Translations under genes and position numbers: made by a program | In this document: one piece after another, positions 1 to 9,202 of the stretch | How the letters are laid out: every line of letters begins with the position of its first letter | How positions within the stretch are numbered: the stretch's first letter is position 1 | Source: Nitrososphaerota archaeon | GTDB lineage: Archaea; Thermoproteota; Nitrososphaeria_A; Caldarchaeales; Wolframiiraptoraceae | Direction: 5' to 3' | Assembly: GCA_021163925.1 (NCBI GenBank) | Contig: JAGGTD010000006.1 | Location: 1 to 24,000 of the forward strand | DNA: 24,000 nucleotides | The notes under the pieces: generated by a model | Databases searched by the model: none | What the model was told of the DNA's origin: nothing | The model's input: the letters and a program-made list of their open reading frames with translations, nothing else

Positions 1-64
1 AAACGGGGCCTCAAAACCCCCCGGCCCAACACCTCTCACTCCATTACTCCTTTAGTCCGATATG

Positions 65-906
65 CTAAAGCTGGCTGGCTCTATATCTTTGAAGTAGCTC
101 TTTGAGCTTTCTCTGTTTTCTCTTAATCGTAAACCCGACTCTTTCAGCAAATCTGAGAATATTTACCCGACCGCGAATCCTGAGGTCGTAGAGGACGGTC
201 TGTCTCCGTTGATATATCCTACCACTTTGAGGATCTTTTAAAAACCGCTTCATCATATGTGAGTAGCTTCTCGATTCTATCCCGAGCGTTCTTAATAGCC
301 ATTGTGTTAACGTGATGAGTTTTATGTTCGTATTTGTGAATCCTATCTCATACCAGTGGGGGCAAACACTACCTTCAGCATCAAATAATCCGCGGAGGGC
401 GTAGGCTGGATAAGGATTTAGATACCTGATTAGGGTCCATGGATTTCCAGTAGATCTCACCCTCTTTAAGATGAGATACAGCTGGATGGAAGATCCTCTA
501 ACAACCCATCTCTGATTATGTTTGCTCCATCTCGGCTTATATGGACTTGACTTACCCACTGCCTTAGAAAGATAATACCCCCCAGCTTTCAGCGAAGTCA
601 TAGTCTTTAACTGAGAGCTTGACATAGTATTGATAACGGGATCTATCAAGCGCGAGGGTTCCATCGCCAAGCCATCCTCCGATCACATAGGCCAGCTCAG
701 GCCCCCATCACTAACTTATTACAACTTCCAAGTGGGTGATGTCTTCCCTTGACCCAATTGCATATCATGCCTGGACTCGGAGAGGAACCATACTTCTCCT
801 TAAGGATCTTTGCGATCCGCTTATAGCCAAATCCCCTTTCCTTTAACCTAATAGCCTCCTCGTAGATTCGAAGCCTCTCCTGAAGACTCCTACGTCCTGT
901 TAACAA
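65..906 (-). pseudogene. LAGLIDADG homing endonuclease with N-terminal HTH, split by two frameshifts (track ORFs 697..906 and 65..670)
   Basis: N-terminal ORF has an HTH-like segment (IRLKERGFGYKRIAKILKEKYG). Reading through the 702-706 C run minus one base gives MGPELAYVIGGWLGDGTLALDRSRYQYYVKLSVKDYDFAESWG (first LAGLIDADG motif). The C-terminal ORF carries the second motif, YALRGLFDAEGSV. Confidence 0.88.
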
Positions 907-956
907 GCTTTTTTAATATTTCTCGTGTTCAGCTTAAAAAGTTAACTATCGGGGTT

Positions 957-981
957 CCGGGTTCAAATCCCGCCCGGTCCA
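957..981 (+). tRNA. tRNA 3' fragment (T arm plus 3' acceptor strand and discriminator A); no 5' half in window
   Basis: CCGGG-TTCAAAT-CCCGC followed by CCGGTCC-A. Canonical T loop. A matching 5' acceptor GGACCGG with D and anticodon arms is not adjacent. Confidence 0.6.
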
Positions 982-1057
982 AACATCTTTTTCTATCCAT
1001 CGATGAATTGGAGTAATGATTAATTAGTGCGGTCTTGGGCTTGGTTGAGGGATCGGC

Positions 1058-2569
1058 TTGGATTCTGGAATCTATCGTTCGAGGCTTGGCAAGCCCTTAG
1101 ATAGGGAGGCTGCGAGGTTTCTATCATCCCTTGAAGAAGACTCGGAGATCTTCTTAGAGGATATCTTGGGAAGCGAGGCTCACGCGATAATGTTGTATGA
1201 GCAGGGGATAATTGGCCGCGGAGATCTTGAGAAGATCTTAAGGGCCCTTGAAGGGATTAAGGGTGAGTGGCTTAGGGGAAAGATGGGCTTGAAGGCTGAG
1301 GAATTCGAGGACGTCCATGAATTCATCGAGACTCGGCTGATAGAGATGGTGGGGTTGAAGGTCGGCGGAAAACTCCATACCGGGAGGTCTAGAAATGATC
1401 AAGTCGCCCTCGACATAAGGCTTAGGATCAGGAGATATCTGCTTGAGATATGGAATGAGCTCCTTAACTTAATGGAGATTATCCTGACCAGGGCTGAGGA
1501 GGAGAGAGATACTCCACTAATGCTATACACCCATCTCCAGCACGCGCAGACTGGAAACCTATCACACTATCTACTCGCATTATTCGATCACCTCTCCAGA
1601 GATCTTGAGAGATTGGAGGAGTGTTATAGGAGGGTGAATAAGTCTCCGCTTGGAGCATCTGCGATAGGTGGATCGAGCTTACCCTTGAATAGGCCTAGGG
1701 TCGCCGAGCTCTTGGGATTCGACGGAGTTGTCGAGAACTCTATAGATGCCGTAAGTTCAAGAGACTTCGCGCTAGAGTCTCTCTCGATCTCATCGATTCT
1801 AGCAACCTTTCTAAGCAGGGTCTCGGAGGATTTCATAATATGGTCTTCGAGCGAGTTCGGATATCTCGAACTCCCCGATCAGCTTGCATCGCCGTCCAGC
1901 ATAATGCCCCATAAGAAGAATCCATGCATACTTGAATTGGTGAGGGCGAGGGCTGGGAGGATCTCCGGGCTGCTCACAGCATCCCTAATGGAGCTTAAGG
2001 GAACTCCAACCGGATATAATCGAGACCTCCAAAACCAGAAGCAGCTAATCTTCGAAGCCTTAAAGGAGACTTTAGCAATCCTCAGGATATTCTCCAAGGT
2101 CGTGAAGGATGTAAGGTTTAGGGTTGAGAGGATGCGCGAGGTCATCTCAGAAAGCTATGCTCCAGCGATAGACCTGGCCGAGAACTTAGTCAAGTATCTG
2201 GGGATATCGATTAGAGAGGCTCACATGATAGTCGGCGAGGTCGTCAAGGTGCTCGTGGAGAAGGGGATGGGAATGAAAGACTTGGATCTAAACATGATTA
2301 AAGAGGTATCGAGAAGAGTTCTCGGCAAGGAGGTAGATATTCCGGAGAAAGTCCTCGAAGTCATCAAAGAGCCATCAAGGACTGTTAGAATGAGGAGAAC
2401 CATCGGATCGCCGAACCCAAACGAGATCTCAAGAATGATCAAGGATAGGTGGAAGACTCTAAATGAGAGGAAGAAGGTCTTCCAAGAAGTATCTAGGAAA
2501 GTCCATGAGAGTGAGGAGAGGCTTCAGAGAATGGTGAAGTCGCTCATAGGGCAGGGGCAGTCCAAATAG
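1058..2569 (+). CDS. argH: argininosuccinate lyase
   Basis: 503 aa; KLHTGRSRNDQVALDIRL, THLQHAQTGNLSHYLLA and the fumarase/lyase signature SSIMPHKKNPCILE. Confidence 0.96.
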   Translation: MDSGIYRSRLGKPLDREAARFLSSLEEDSEIFLEDILGSEAHAIMLYEQGIIGRGDLEKILRALEGIKGEWLRGKMGLKAEEFEDVHEFIETRLIEMVGLKVGGKLHTGRSRNDQVALDIRLRIRRYLLEIWNELLNLMEIILTRAEEERDTPLMLYTHLQHAQTGNLSHYLLALFDHLSRDLERLEECYRRVNKSPLGASAIGGSSLPLNRPRVAELLGFDGVVENSIDAVSSRDFALESLSISSILATFLSRVSEDFIIWSSSEFGYLELPDQLASPSSIMPHKKNPCILELVRARAGRISGLLTASLMELKGTPTGYNRDLQNQKQLIFEALKETLAILRIFSKVVKDVRFRVERMREVISESYAPAIDLAENLVKYLGISIREAHMIVGEVVKVLVEKGMGMKDLDLNMIKEVSRRVLGKEVDIPEKVLEVIKEPSRTVRMRRTIGSPNPNEISRMIKDRWKTLNERKKVFQEVSRKVHESEERLQRMVKSLIGQGQSK

Positions 2570-2582
2570 GCTCATAGGTGAG

Positions 2583-3257
2583 GTGAGAGTGTCCCTCGAT
2601 GTCAGATTAAGGATCTCATGTATCTTCAAGGCACTCGGCCTCTGGATCCTCATATTCTTATTCAGCAACCTGATAGGTGGGATAGCTGGCCAGGTCGGCG
2701 GGCTTGTATGTGCGATGTTCTCGATCCAGACCGCCTTCATTGTCTTAAGCATGTTAACAGCGGTCATGCTGTTCAGAGACGAATATAGGTATCTGATGGG
2801 CTTAACATTTACATTCAAGTCTATGGTGAGGGTTGTTGCGATCTCGCTTGTCTCAGCTCTACCACTAACTTATCTCACGAGCATCTTGGCACCAACATCT
2901 CATCAAATCCAAGTGAGCATTCCATTACTGATTCCCATGGTCCTGATCTTGGCCCCAATCGGCGAGGAACTTCTATTTAGGGGACTTCTTCTGGGCTGCT
3001 TGATGAGATGTATTAGCAGATGGGGGGCGATCATGATCTCATCGACAATCTTTGCTCTAACCCATCTACCAGCTTTTAGCGCCCATTCAGAAACCCCTCT
3101 GACGATGTTCTTGATATTCGCCGGAGCGTTTATCTTGGGGGTGATCGCCGGCCACTTCAAGACATCTCTAAACTCCCTGATCCCGGCGATCATAACTCAT
3201 TCAATCTTCAACTTCTCGGGAATGGTAACGGGAATAATCATCAAACTATCCATCTAA
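2583..3257 (+). CDS. CPBP family intramembrane metalloprotease
   Basis: Hydrophobic multi-pass protein with EELLFRG, a histidine in an FALTHLPAF segment and a C-terminal HSIFNFSG. Confidence 0.88.
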   Translation: MRVSLDVRLRISCIFKALGLWILIFLFSNLIGGIAGQVGGLVCAMFSIQTAFIVLSMLTAVMLFRDEYRYLMGLTFTFKSMVRVVAISLVSALPLTYLTSILAPTSHQIQVSIPLLIPMVLILAPIGEELLFRGLLLGCLMRCISRWGAIMISSTIFALTHLPAFSAHSETPLTMFLIFAGAFILGVIAGHFKTSLNSLIPAIITHSIFNFSGMVTGIIIKLSI

Positions 3258-3284
3258 CCGATGAAGAGATCGGGCTTTATGAGG

Positions 3285-3359
3285 TGGGCCCGGTGGGATT
3301 CGAACCCACGACCTCCCGGTTATCAGCCGGACGCTCCAACCAGGCTGAGCTACGGGCCC
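3285..3359 (-). tRNA. tRNA-Ile(GAT)
   Basis: Minus strand GGGCCCG-TA-GCTC...GAGC...CCGGCTGATAACCGG...GTGGGTTCGAATCCCACCGGGCCC-A. Full cloverleaf, anticodon GAT, 75 nt, no encoded CCA. Confidence 0.95.
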
Positions 3360-3466
3360 TATTGAACCATCTCAACTCGGGGTCTTATATATTTTGACGG
3401 CTTTAGGCTCTTCCTTCCCCCCACGAACTCGGCTCTGCTCAAGCGATATTTCAGCCAATTTTAACC

Positions 3467-4543
3467 TTACGGCATTATCTCGATGGTGTTGTTATATTTT
3501 GGGTAGATCAGCTGCTCCTCAGCTATTATTCCCTTATCTAAGAGCCTCTCGATTATGGGCATCCTATCCAAGATTAGGTCTATGATGAACTTCGACACCT
3601 CGCAGATCGCCTGCATCCCCTCATCTCCCCAAAGCCTCTCCACATGGGTGTAGAGGCATCTTCCTCCACAGATCTCGAAATACTTACAGGAGAGGCACGG
3701 CTCGCCTATTGGAGGCTTATAGCATTCAATCCTCTCCCTGTCGATTTCCTCAAGCCTCCCGACATAAGCCCAAGGCTCCCTCACCGCGATCGGACATGCT
3801 ATGATCCTCCCATCGCTCACCACCGTGAATGAATCGACTCCTGAGCCGCATGGAGGCTTAACCCCACCTCTCAAAATTCTCGTGAGAATTCCTTGGAAGG
3901 GGGCGATCCCCTCCACAACTCCAGATTTCATCCTCTCAATCCATCGATCCAAGAGCTTTCTGAGACCAGGCTCATAGCTTCCCCTAATCCAGCCCCAGAG
4001 ATCATGCCAAGGTTCAACCCAGATGAAGCTGAGCTGCCAATGGATATGGTTGAATAGCCCAAGATTTAGTAGGTGTCTTACATCGCGATAGATATTAGAG
4101 TCCTCCGTTACCGTCATCCTCGCGACCAGATCACCCTCATAGCCCACTCTCCTAAGCCATCTCAAATTCTCGACGACCCTATCATAGACGCCATCACCCC
4201 TATTCAGGTCCGTGAGCCACCTAGGCCCATCTATCGAGACTAGGATCGTGTCGAATCTCTTGACCAGATCTGGATCCAGCTTGTTTAGGAGGAGTCCATT
4301 GGTCTGCAGGATATAGTGTGATGCATTAAATTTATCCATAACAGATCTGATGAAGTCTATGTTTAGGAGGGGTTCTCCGCCATAGAATGCTATATCGTCG
4401 CCATCCCTAAGAATCCGCGACAGATCATCCACCGAGTATCGAACAGTCCATGGGACGATGGAGTCATCGAAGCTACCCCCACAATACCTGCATCTTAAGT
4501 TACATCGCCCCGTGGTGTAGAGGATGAAGAGCATGGCCCCCAA
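3467..4543 (-). CDS. radical SAM/SPASM protein resembling the AF1421-type putative peptide-modifying family
   Basis: TTGRCNLRCRYCGG (CxxxCxxC), IAFYGGEPLL, and a C-terminal Cys-rich SPASM-like region (CGSGVDSFTVVSDGRIIACPIAV...CLSCKYFEICGGRC...C). Confidence 0.85.
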   Translation of the reverse strand: MGAMLFILYTTGRCNLRCRYCGGSFDDSIVPWTVRYSVDDLSRILRDGDDIAFYGGEPLLNIDFIRSVMDKFNASHYILQTNGLLLNKLDPDLVKRFDTILVSIDGPRWLTDLNRGDGVYDRVVENLRWLRRVGYEGDLVARMTVTEDSNIYRDVRHLLNLGLFNHIHWQLSFIWVEPWHDLWGWIRGSYEPGLRKLLDRWIERMKSGVVEGIAPFQGILTRILRGGVKPPCGSGVDSFTVVSDGRIIACPIAVREPWAYVGRLEEIDRERIECYKPPIGEPCLSCKYFEICGGRCLYTHVERLWGDEGMQAICEVSKFIIDLILDRMPIIERLLDKGIIAEEQLIYPKYNNTIEIMP

Positions 4544-4641
4544 AGTACTTAGTTAATCCGGTAACGCTAATATATGGAGTTGGGTCCGAGCGTAAAGTCC
4601 TTATATAGGAGCCATAATCTGATCAGTGGAGAAAGAAGGGC

Positions 4642-5358
4642 ATGCTCGTGATAGGGCATAGGGGTGCTCCCGCCCTAGCTCCTGAAAACACTATCCCATC
4701 ATTTATGAGGGCAATCGAACTCGGTGTGGACTATATCGAGTTTGATGTCCGAGCTTCTAAGGATGGCAGGCTCGTCATAATGCATGACAATACGGTTAAC
4801 AGGACTACGAGCGCCGGTGGACTTGTATCGAGCTATAGCTTGACGCTGTTAAGGAAGCTCGATGCCGGTGGATGGTTTGGGGAGGAGTTCAAGAATGTTA
4901 GGATACCGACTGTTGAAGAGGTTTTGAGGCTTGCGAAGGGTAAGACAGCGGTGGCAATACACATCAAACAGGAGGGGATTGAGGATGAGGTGTTGAATAT
5001 GGTGAGGGAATTTAAAATGATCCATGACTGCATGATCCTAGCCCCGCTCACCATATCTAGGAAGGTTAAGCTATCCGAGCCCAGAATCCCTATTCAAGCA
5101 GATCTACCCGAGATAAATCCGAGAGATGCGATAGATATGTTGGCTGAAAACCTAGTCGATATAGCATCGATACACATCAAGAAGCTAAGTAAAGGGCTCG
5201 TCAGGCTATGCCATAGGAGCGGTCTACTCGTGAATGTCTGGGATGTTGATAAACCTGAACAGGTTAAGGAATGTGAGGAGTCCGATGTCGATTTTATAAC
5301 GACGAATGATCCGAAGACCGTTTTAGAAACCCTACGAAATTTGCTTGTAAGAAACTGA
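4642..5358 (+). CDS. glycerophosphodiester phosphodiesterase family protein
   Basis: MLVIGHRGAPALAPENTIPSFMRAIELGVDYIEFDVRASKDGRLVIMHDNTVNRTT is the classic GDPD N-terminus. Confidence 0.95.
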   Translation: MLVIGHRGAPALAPENTIPSFMRAIELGVDYIEFDVRASKDGRLVIMHDNTVNRTTSAGGLVSSYSLTLLRKLDAGGWFGEEFKNVRIPTVEEVLRLAKGKTAVAIHIKQEGIEDEVLNMVREFKMIHDCMILAPLTISRKVKLSEPRIPIQADLPEINPRDAIDMLAENLVDIASIHIKKLSKGLVRLCHRSGLLVNVWDVDKPEQVKECEESDVDFITTNDPKTVLETLRNLLVRN

Positions 5359-5525
5359 AAGCCCGATCCACGACGTTAAAAACCAGTAAAGCGGATAATC
5401 GACGCAAACCTCTAACATACACTATGCAATCGGAATCTGATGAAATTAACCTCTCTTTATCAAATTTATCAAACCTTAACATCAGGCCTCAAAGAATGCT
5501 TATATATGTCTCAATAGACCTTTAT

Positions 5526-5554
5526 AGATCTTGTCAAACAAGACTTATATATAT
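5526..5554 (+). promoter_or_regulatory. Promoter of the sugar ABC transporter: imperfect palindrome overlapping or adjacent to a TATA box
   Basis: AGATCTTGTCAAACAAGACTT (5526-5546) followed by CTTATATATAT (5544-5554), about 24 nt upstream of the ATG at 5573. This fits a leaderless transcript. Confidence 0.55.
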
Positions 5555-5572
5555 CCGGAGTCGTCTATAGGT

Positions 5573-7168
5573 ATGGCTCCTCAGGAAAAAAAGAAGAACT
5601 TAAAACAAAATATTTTGGAGAGTGAAAAGATCTCTAGGAGGGAGGCCCTCTCAACCGCCGGAAAGGTCGCTATAAGCGCCGTAGTCGCTGGAGTAGTCGC
5701 GGGAGTTGGTGGATATCTCGCGGGTAGCGCCGCAGTTCCCCCACCTAAGACCGTCACCGTAACTGCTGCTGGTAAGACCGTTACAGTTCCGGGTAAAACC
5801 GTTACAACCACCGTAACTGGTCCAGCTCCTCCAGCGAAAACCGTTACTTCCACGGTAACTAGTACGGTGGCTCCGGCCGCCGCGGCCATCCCGATCAGGA
5901 TCTGGCCTGGTGCTAAAGGCTATGACAAGTATAGGCTGGATAATCCGAAGGATGTCTGCGCTATCTTGAATAATATGTTGGCCTCGATGGGCGCCAACGT
6001 TAAGATCGACTTCTCGGGAGTGGTCGAGTCGGCGAAGCTGGAGAAGGTCATCGCTGCTTATAAGGCGAAGGAGCTTCCAGAGATCCTTGGAGCTGGACAT
6101 GAATGGGTGGGCCCATTCGCTGAGGGAGGATATATCATACCGATCGACGACTACATTGAGAAATATAAGCTCCTTCTAACCGACTGGTTCCCATATGCGT
6201 GGGCTTGGGAGGCGATGAGATGGAAGGGTAAGACCTATGCGGTCCTACAGGACACTGAGTGTAGGCCGCTCTACTGGAGAAGAGATGTCTTGAAGAAGCT
6301 TGGATGGAGCGACGCCGACCTAGACGCCCTCCCAGAGAAGATTAGGAAGGGCGAGTGGACGATGGAGGACGCTATCTCGGTCGCGAAGGAGGCTATGGAC
6401 AAGGGGCTGGTTAAGTGGGGATTCTATCATAGGCCGACCCCAGGCGCTCAGCCCATGTTCGTCTTCTACGTCCAGTATGGTGGGAAGATCGGAGACCCAG
6501 ATACCGGCAAGCTCATCGCCGACAAGGATGCTTGGCTAAAGACTCTAGAACTCTTCTACAAGCTCGCGGTCGAGGAGAAGGTCATGCCCGCGATGGCCGG
6601 CACATCTTGGAGGACCGTCCACACAGACTTCGTTAACGGCAGGGTTCTCTTCTGGTTTGGCGGAAGCTGGCATTGGGCTGAGTATCAGCACGTAGCCTAT
6701 CACGAGGAGCTTGGAAAGGTTCCAGAGGAGTGGGAGTGGGAGAACCTCGGATTCGGCCTAGTCCCAGCTCCAACAAAGGGCCTAAAGCCGGCGACGAACA
6801 CCCATCCATGGGCGTTCATGATATCATCGCAGGCCAAGAACCCTGAGGTGGCGTTCCTGGTAGCTGTCTTACAGACCATGCCGACATTCGATGTGAGGCA
6901 CTGCATCTATGGAGGCAAGCTACCGTCTAGGGCTACGACATACAGCCATCCAGAATTCAAGAAGAACAAGTTCCTATCCTCAATAGTCTACATGCATGAG
7001 TATACAAGCGTCTTGTTCAACCATCCAAAGATGCCAGTATACACTAGACTAGCCTTTGATACCGTGACATCGGTGGAGAAGGGTGAGAAGAAGCCCGATA
7101 AGGCCGTTGAGGATCTAATGAGCGCTCTAAGAGCAGAGATTGGAGAGGAGATCGTAATCAAGGAATAA
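5573..7168 (+). CDS. ABC transporter sugar-binding protein (family 1 extracellular SBP) with Tat signal
   Basis: ISRREALSTAGKVAISAVVAGVVAGVGGYLAG Tat-like signal, V/T/P-rich linker, and SBP-like body (GKTYAVLQDTECRPLYWRRDVLKKLGW). The ATG at 5573 is preferred over the track start at 5531, which would precede the TATA box. Confidence 0.9.
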   Translation: MAPQEKKKNLKQNILESEKISRREALSTAGKVAISAVVAGVVAGVGGYLAGSAAVPPPKTVTVTAAGKTVTVPGKTVTTTVTGPAPPAKTVTSTVTSTVAPAAAAIPIRIWPGAKGYDKYRLDNPKDVCAILNNMLASMGANVKIDFSGVVESAKLEKVIAAYKAKELPEILGAGHEWVGPFAEGGYIIPIDDYIEKYKLLLTDWFPYAWAWEAMRWKGKTYAVLQDTECRPLYWRRDVLKKLGWSDADLDALPEKIRKGEWTMEDAISVAKEAMDKGLVKWGFYHRPTPGAQPMFVFYVQYGGKIGDPDTGKLIADKDAWLKTLELFYKLAVEEKVMPAMAGTSWRTVHTDFVNGRVLFWFGGSWHWAEYQHVAYHEELGKVPEEWEWENLGFGLVPAPTKGLKPATNTHPWAFMISSQAKNPEVAFLVAVLQTMPTFDVRHCIYGGKLPSRATTYSHPEFKKNKFLSSIVYMHEYTSVLFNHPKMPVYTRLAFDTVTSVEKGEKKPDKAVEDLMSALRAEIGEEIVIKE

Positions 7169-7203
7169 GGCTTATATTTCCCTCTTTTTATTTAAAAGAT
7201 AGT

Positions 7204-8211
7204 ATGTCAAAAAAGTTTTCAAATCTCTTAAGGGGTTATGTGGCGAAACCTAAAGTCTCGATCAGCACGGGTGCCTTGGGAGGTCTTAAGAGCTTTCTAA
7301 AGGAGAAGAGTAGGACGTTCTTCGTTATAGCCTTCCTCACACCCTTCTTGGCCGCGTTGACGATCATGTATGGGTTGCCATGCGCTCTATCAGTCTTGAT
7401 GTCTTTCACCGACATGGGATTAAGCTTCGAGCTACACTTTCTAAACCCACTTCTCAAAAATTACTACACAATATTCCATGTAGCCGATCCTAGGGTGCCG
7501 GTCGTGGCCCAGACAACAATCCTATACGTTGGATGCACGTTATTAATTAATGCCGGATTTTCGTTGGTGCTTGGAGTTCTAACAGCATATTGCATTAGAA
7601 ACGAGAATGTGGCGTCAGTGTTAAGACTTCTATGGTTCCTACCTAGGATGACGCCGGTGATAATCTATGCTCTATTATGGCTCTGGTTCACCGACCCAAC
7701 TTATGGGCCATTATCGATAGTCTCAAGCTGGATAGGACTTAAGGGGGTTAGATGGCTTCTCGACAAACCCTACTCACAGCTAGTGATGATAGCCGTGAAC
7801 GGATACATTGGCGCAAGCTGGGGAATGGTCATCTACGTCTCATCGATAAAGACCATTCCACTGGAGATAATTTATGCAGCGAAGGCGGATGGAGCGACGG
7901 ATTGGGATGTAATAAGGAGGATAATACTACCTCTATTGAAGTGGCCGATCCTATTTGTAACATCATGGCAAACCCTCTCTCTGATCGGATCATATACTGA
8001 GATCCTAGCTATATGGGATGGCTACAGCTATACATCAGGAGTCGAGGTCTGGTCCCTCTTCACATATCACACAGCATTCGAGGGATATAGATTTGGATAC
8101 TCGGCGGCCTTAGCCATAGTCATGGCGACGGTCGCGTTGATCTTGGTCGCGATATACTTCAAGGTCTTCGGATTCAAGCGTATGCTCGAACCATCTAGAA
8201 TAGAGGTGTAG
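7204..8211 (+). CDS. sugar ABC transporter permease (MalF-like)
   Basis: Multi-pass protein with the EAA loop EIIYAAKADGATDWDVIRRIILPLLKWPI. Confidence 0.93.
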   Translation: MSKKFSNLLRGYVAKPKVSISTGALGGLKSFLKEKSRTFFVIAFLTPFLAALTIMYGLPCALSVLMSFTDMGLSFELHFLNPLLKNYYTIFHVADPRVPVVAQTTILYVGCTLLINAGFSLVLGVLTAYCIRNENVASVLRLLWFLPRMTPVIIYALLWLWFTDPTYGPLSIVSSWIGLKGVRWLLDKPYSQLVMIAVNGYIGASWGMVIYVSSIKTIPLEIIYAAKADGATDWDVIRRIILPLLKWPILFVTSWQTLSLIGSYTEILAIWDGYSYTSGVEVWSLFTYHTAFEGYRFGYSAALAIVMATVALILVAIYFKVFGFKRMLEPSRIEV

Positions 8212-8215
8212 AGCC

Positions 8216-9112
8216 ATGATAACGGCTGAAGGTTATAGGAAACTCATTTGGAAGGCGAAGATCAAGTGGCTCATCGGAAACATCATAGTCTACTCGATCG
8301 TCTGCATCCCACTGGTGCCTATAATCCTGATGTACGGGTGGCTAATAGCTCAAGCCTTCAGCGGAGTATGCATCTCAAGCCTAATCCCACAGAAGTTAAC
8401 TCTAAAGAACTTCTATTTCCTAACGGGTCCAATCTATTGGGGTGGAACGCCGCTCTATAAGAGCTATTGGCCGCTGGTCCGAAATACCTTGCTCCTCGCA
8501 TTGGGAACGACGGGGCTGGTGGTTGCGATAACCTCACTCGCAGGTTACGCGATATCGAGGTTCGAATTTAAGGGTAGAGACCCACTATTGAAGAGCGTTG
8601 TTGTCGTGCACTCGATTCCGGGAGTCCTATTCCTAATAGCCTTGATGTATATATTAAACACCATAGGACTCTATGGCAAAGGATTCTTAACCCTATTGAG
8701 CGTGATAATAATCAAGGCTGGATTAGAATCCCCGATGTATACTTGGATGCTTAAGGGTTTCTTCGACTCAGTCCCATGGGAGCTTGAGTGGGCGGCTTTA
8801 GTGGACGGGTGTAGCAGGTTCACCGCGTGGAGAAAAGTTGTGATGCCTCTCATCTTTCCAGGGATAGCCGCCGTGAGCATCTTCGCATTCCTATCAGGTT
8901 GGGGAGAGTATCTTCTAGTCCTAACTTACATCACCGATAGGAAGTGGTATACATTGTCGCTTGCCCTAAGTGAGCTGACCTATCAGTTCAAGCACGTCGA
9001 TTATGGAATGCTGGCCGCGTTCTCCCTCCTATACCTCCTGCCAGCGATGATATTCTTCCTGCTCACCCAGAAATACTTGATGACCATGAGGATAGTAGCG
9101 TACAAGGGATGA
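8216..9112 (+). CDS. sugar ABC transporter permease (MalG-like)
   Basis: EAA loop ELEWAALVDGCSRFTAWRKVVMPLIFPGIAAVSIFAFLSGWGEYL, directly downstream of the first permease. Confidence 0.93.
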   Translation: MITAEGYRKLIWKAKIKWLIGNIIVYSIVCIPLVPIILMYGWLIAQAFSGVCISSLIPQKLTLKNFYFLTGPIYWGGTPLYKSYWPLVRNTLLLALGTTGLVVAITSLAGYAISRFEFKGRDPLLKSVVVVHSIPGVLFLIALMYILNTIGLYGKGFLTLLSVIIIKAGLESPMYTWMLKGFFDSVPWELEWAALVDGCSRFTAWRKVVMPLIFPGIAAVSIFAFLSGWGEYLLVLTYITDRKWYTLSLALSELTYQFKHVDYGMLAAFSLLYLLPAMIFFLLTQKYLMTMRIVAYKG

Positions 9113-9130
9113 GCATTCAACTCATAAAAG

Positions 9131-9169
9131 AATCTTTCAAAAGATTTTATCCCAAAAAGCTTATATACA
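9131..9169 (+). promoter_or_regulatory. Promoter region of the ABC ATPase gene: palindrome AATCTTTCAAAAGATT plus TATA box
   Basis: Palindrome at 9131-9146, then AGCTTATATACA at 9159 onward, upstream of the CDS at 9203. Confidence 0.5.
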
Positions 9170-9202
9170 CTATGGTGAAATGTTAATCTAAGGGGGTAAA
9201 TC

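Noticed and set aside
4-30. Left-edge sequence CGGGGCCTCAAAACCCCCCGGCCCA as a complete tRNA T arm and acceptor
   Set aside because: Stem pairing fails for a 5-bp stem plus 7-nt loop and the loop lacks TTC; kept only as a possible degenerate repeat in the mobile-element finding.
1624-2818. Antisense ORFs within and across the end of argH (1624..1836, 1879..2145, 2221..2442, 2459..2818)
   Set aside because: Low-complexity S/L/P-rich translations opposite strongly supported coding sequence (argH and the start of the CPBP gene); typical shadow ORFs.
5359-5572. Intergenic region as a CRISPR or small RNA locus
   Set aside because: No regularly spaced repeats; the only structure is the short palindrome next to the TATA box.
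5581-6100. Antisense ORFs 5581..5889 and 5651..6100, rich in valine, threonine, alanine or glycine
   Set aside because: Mirror translation of the Val/Thr/Pro-rich linker of the ABC binding protein; not independent genes.
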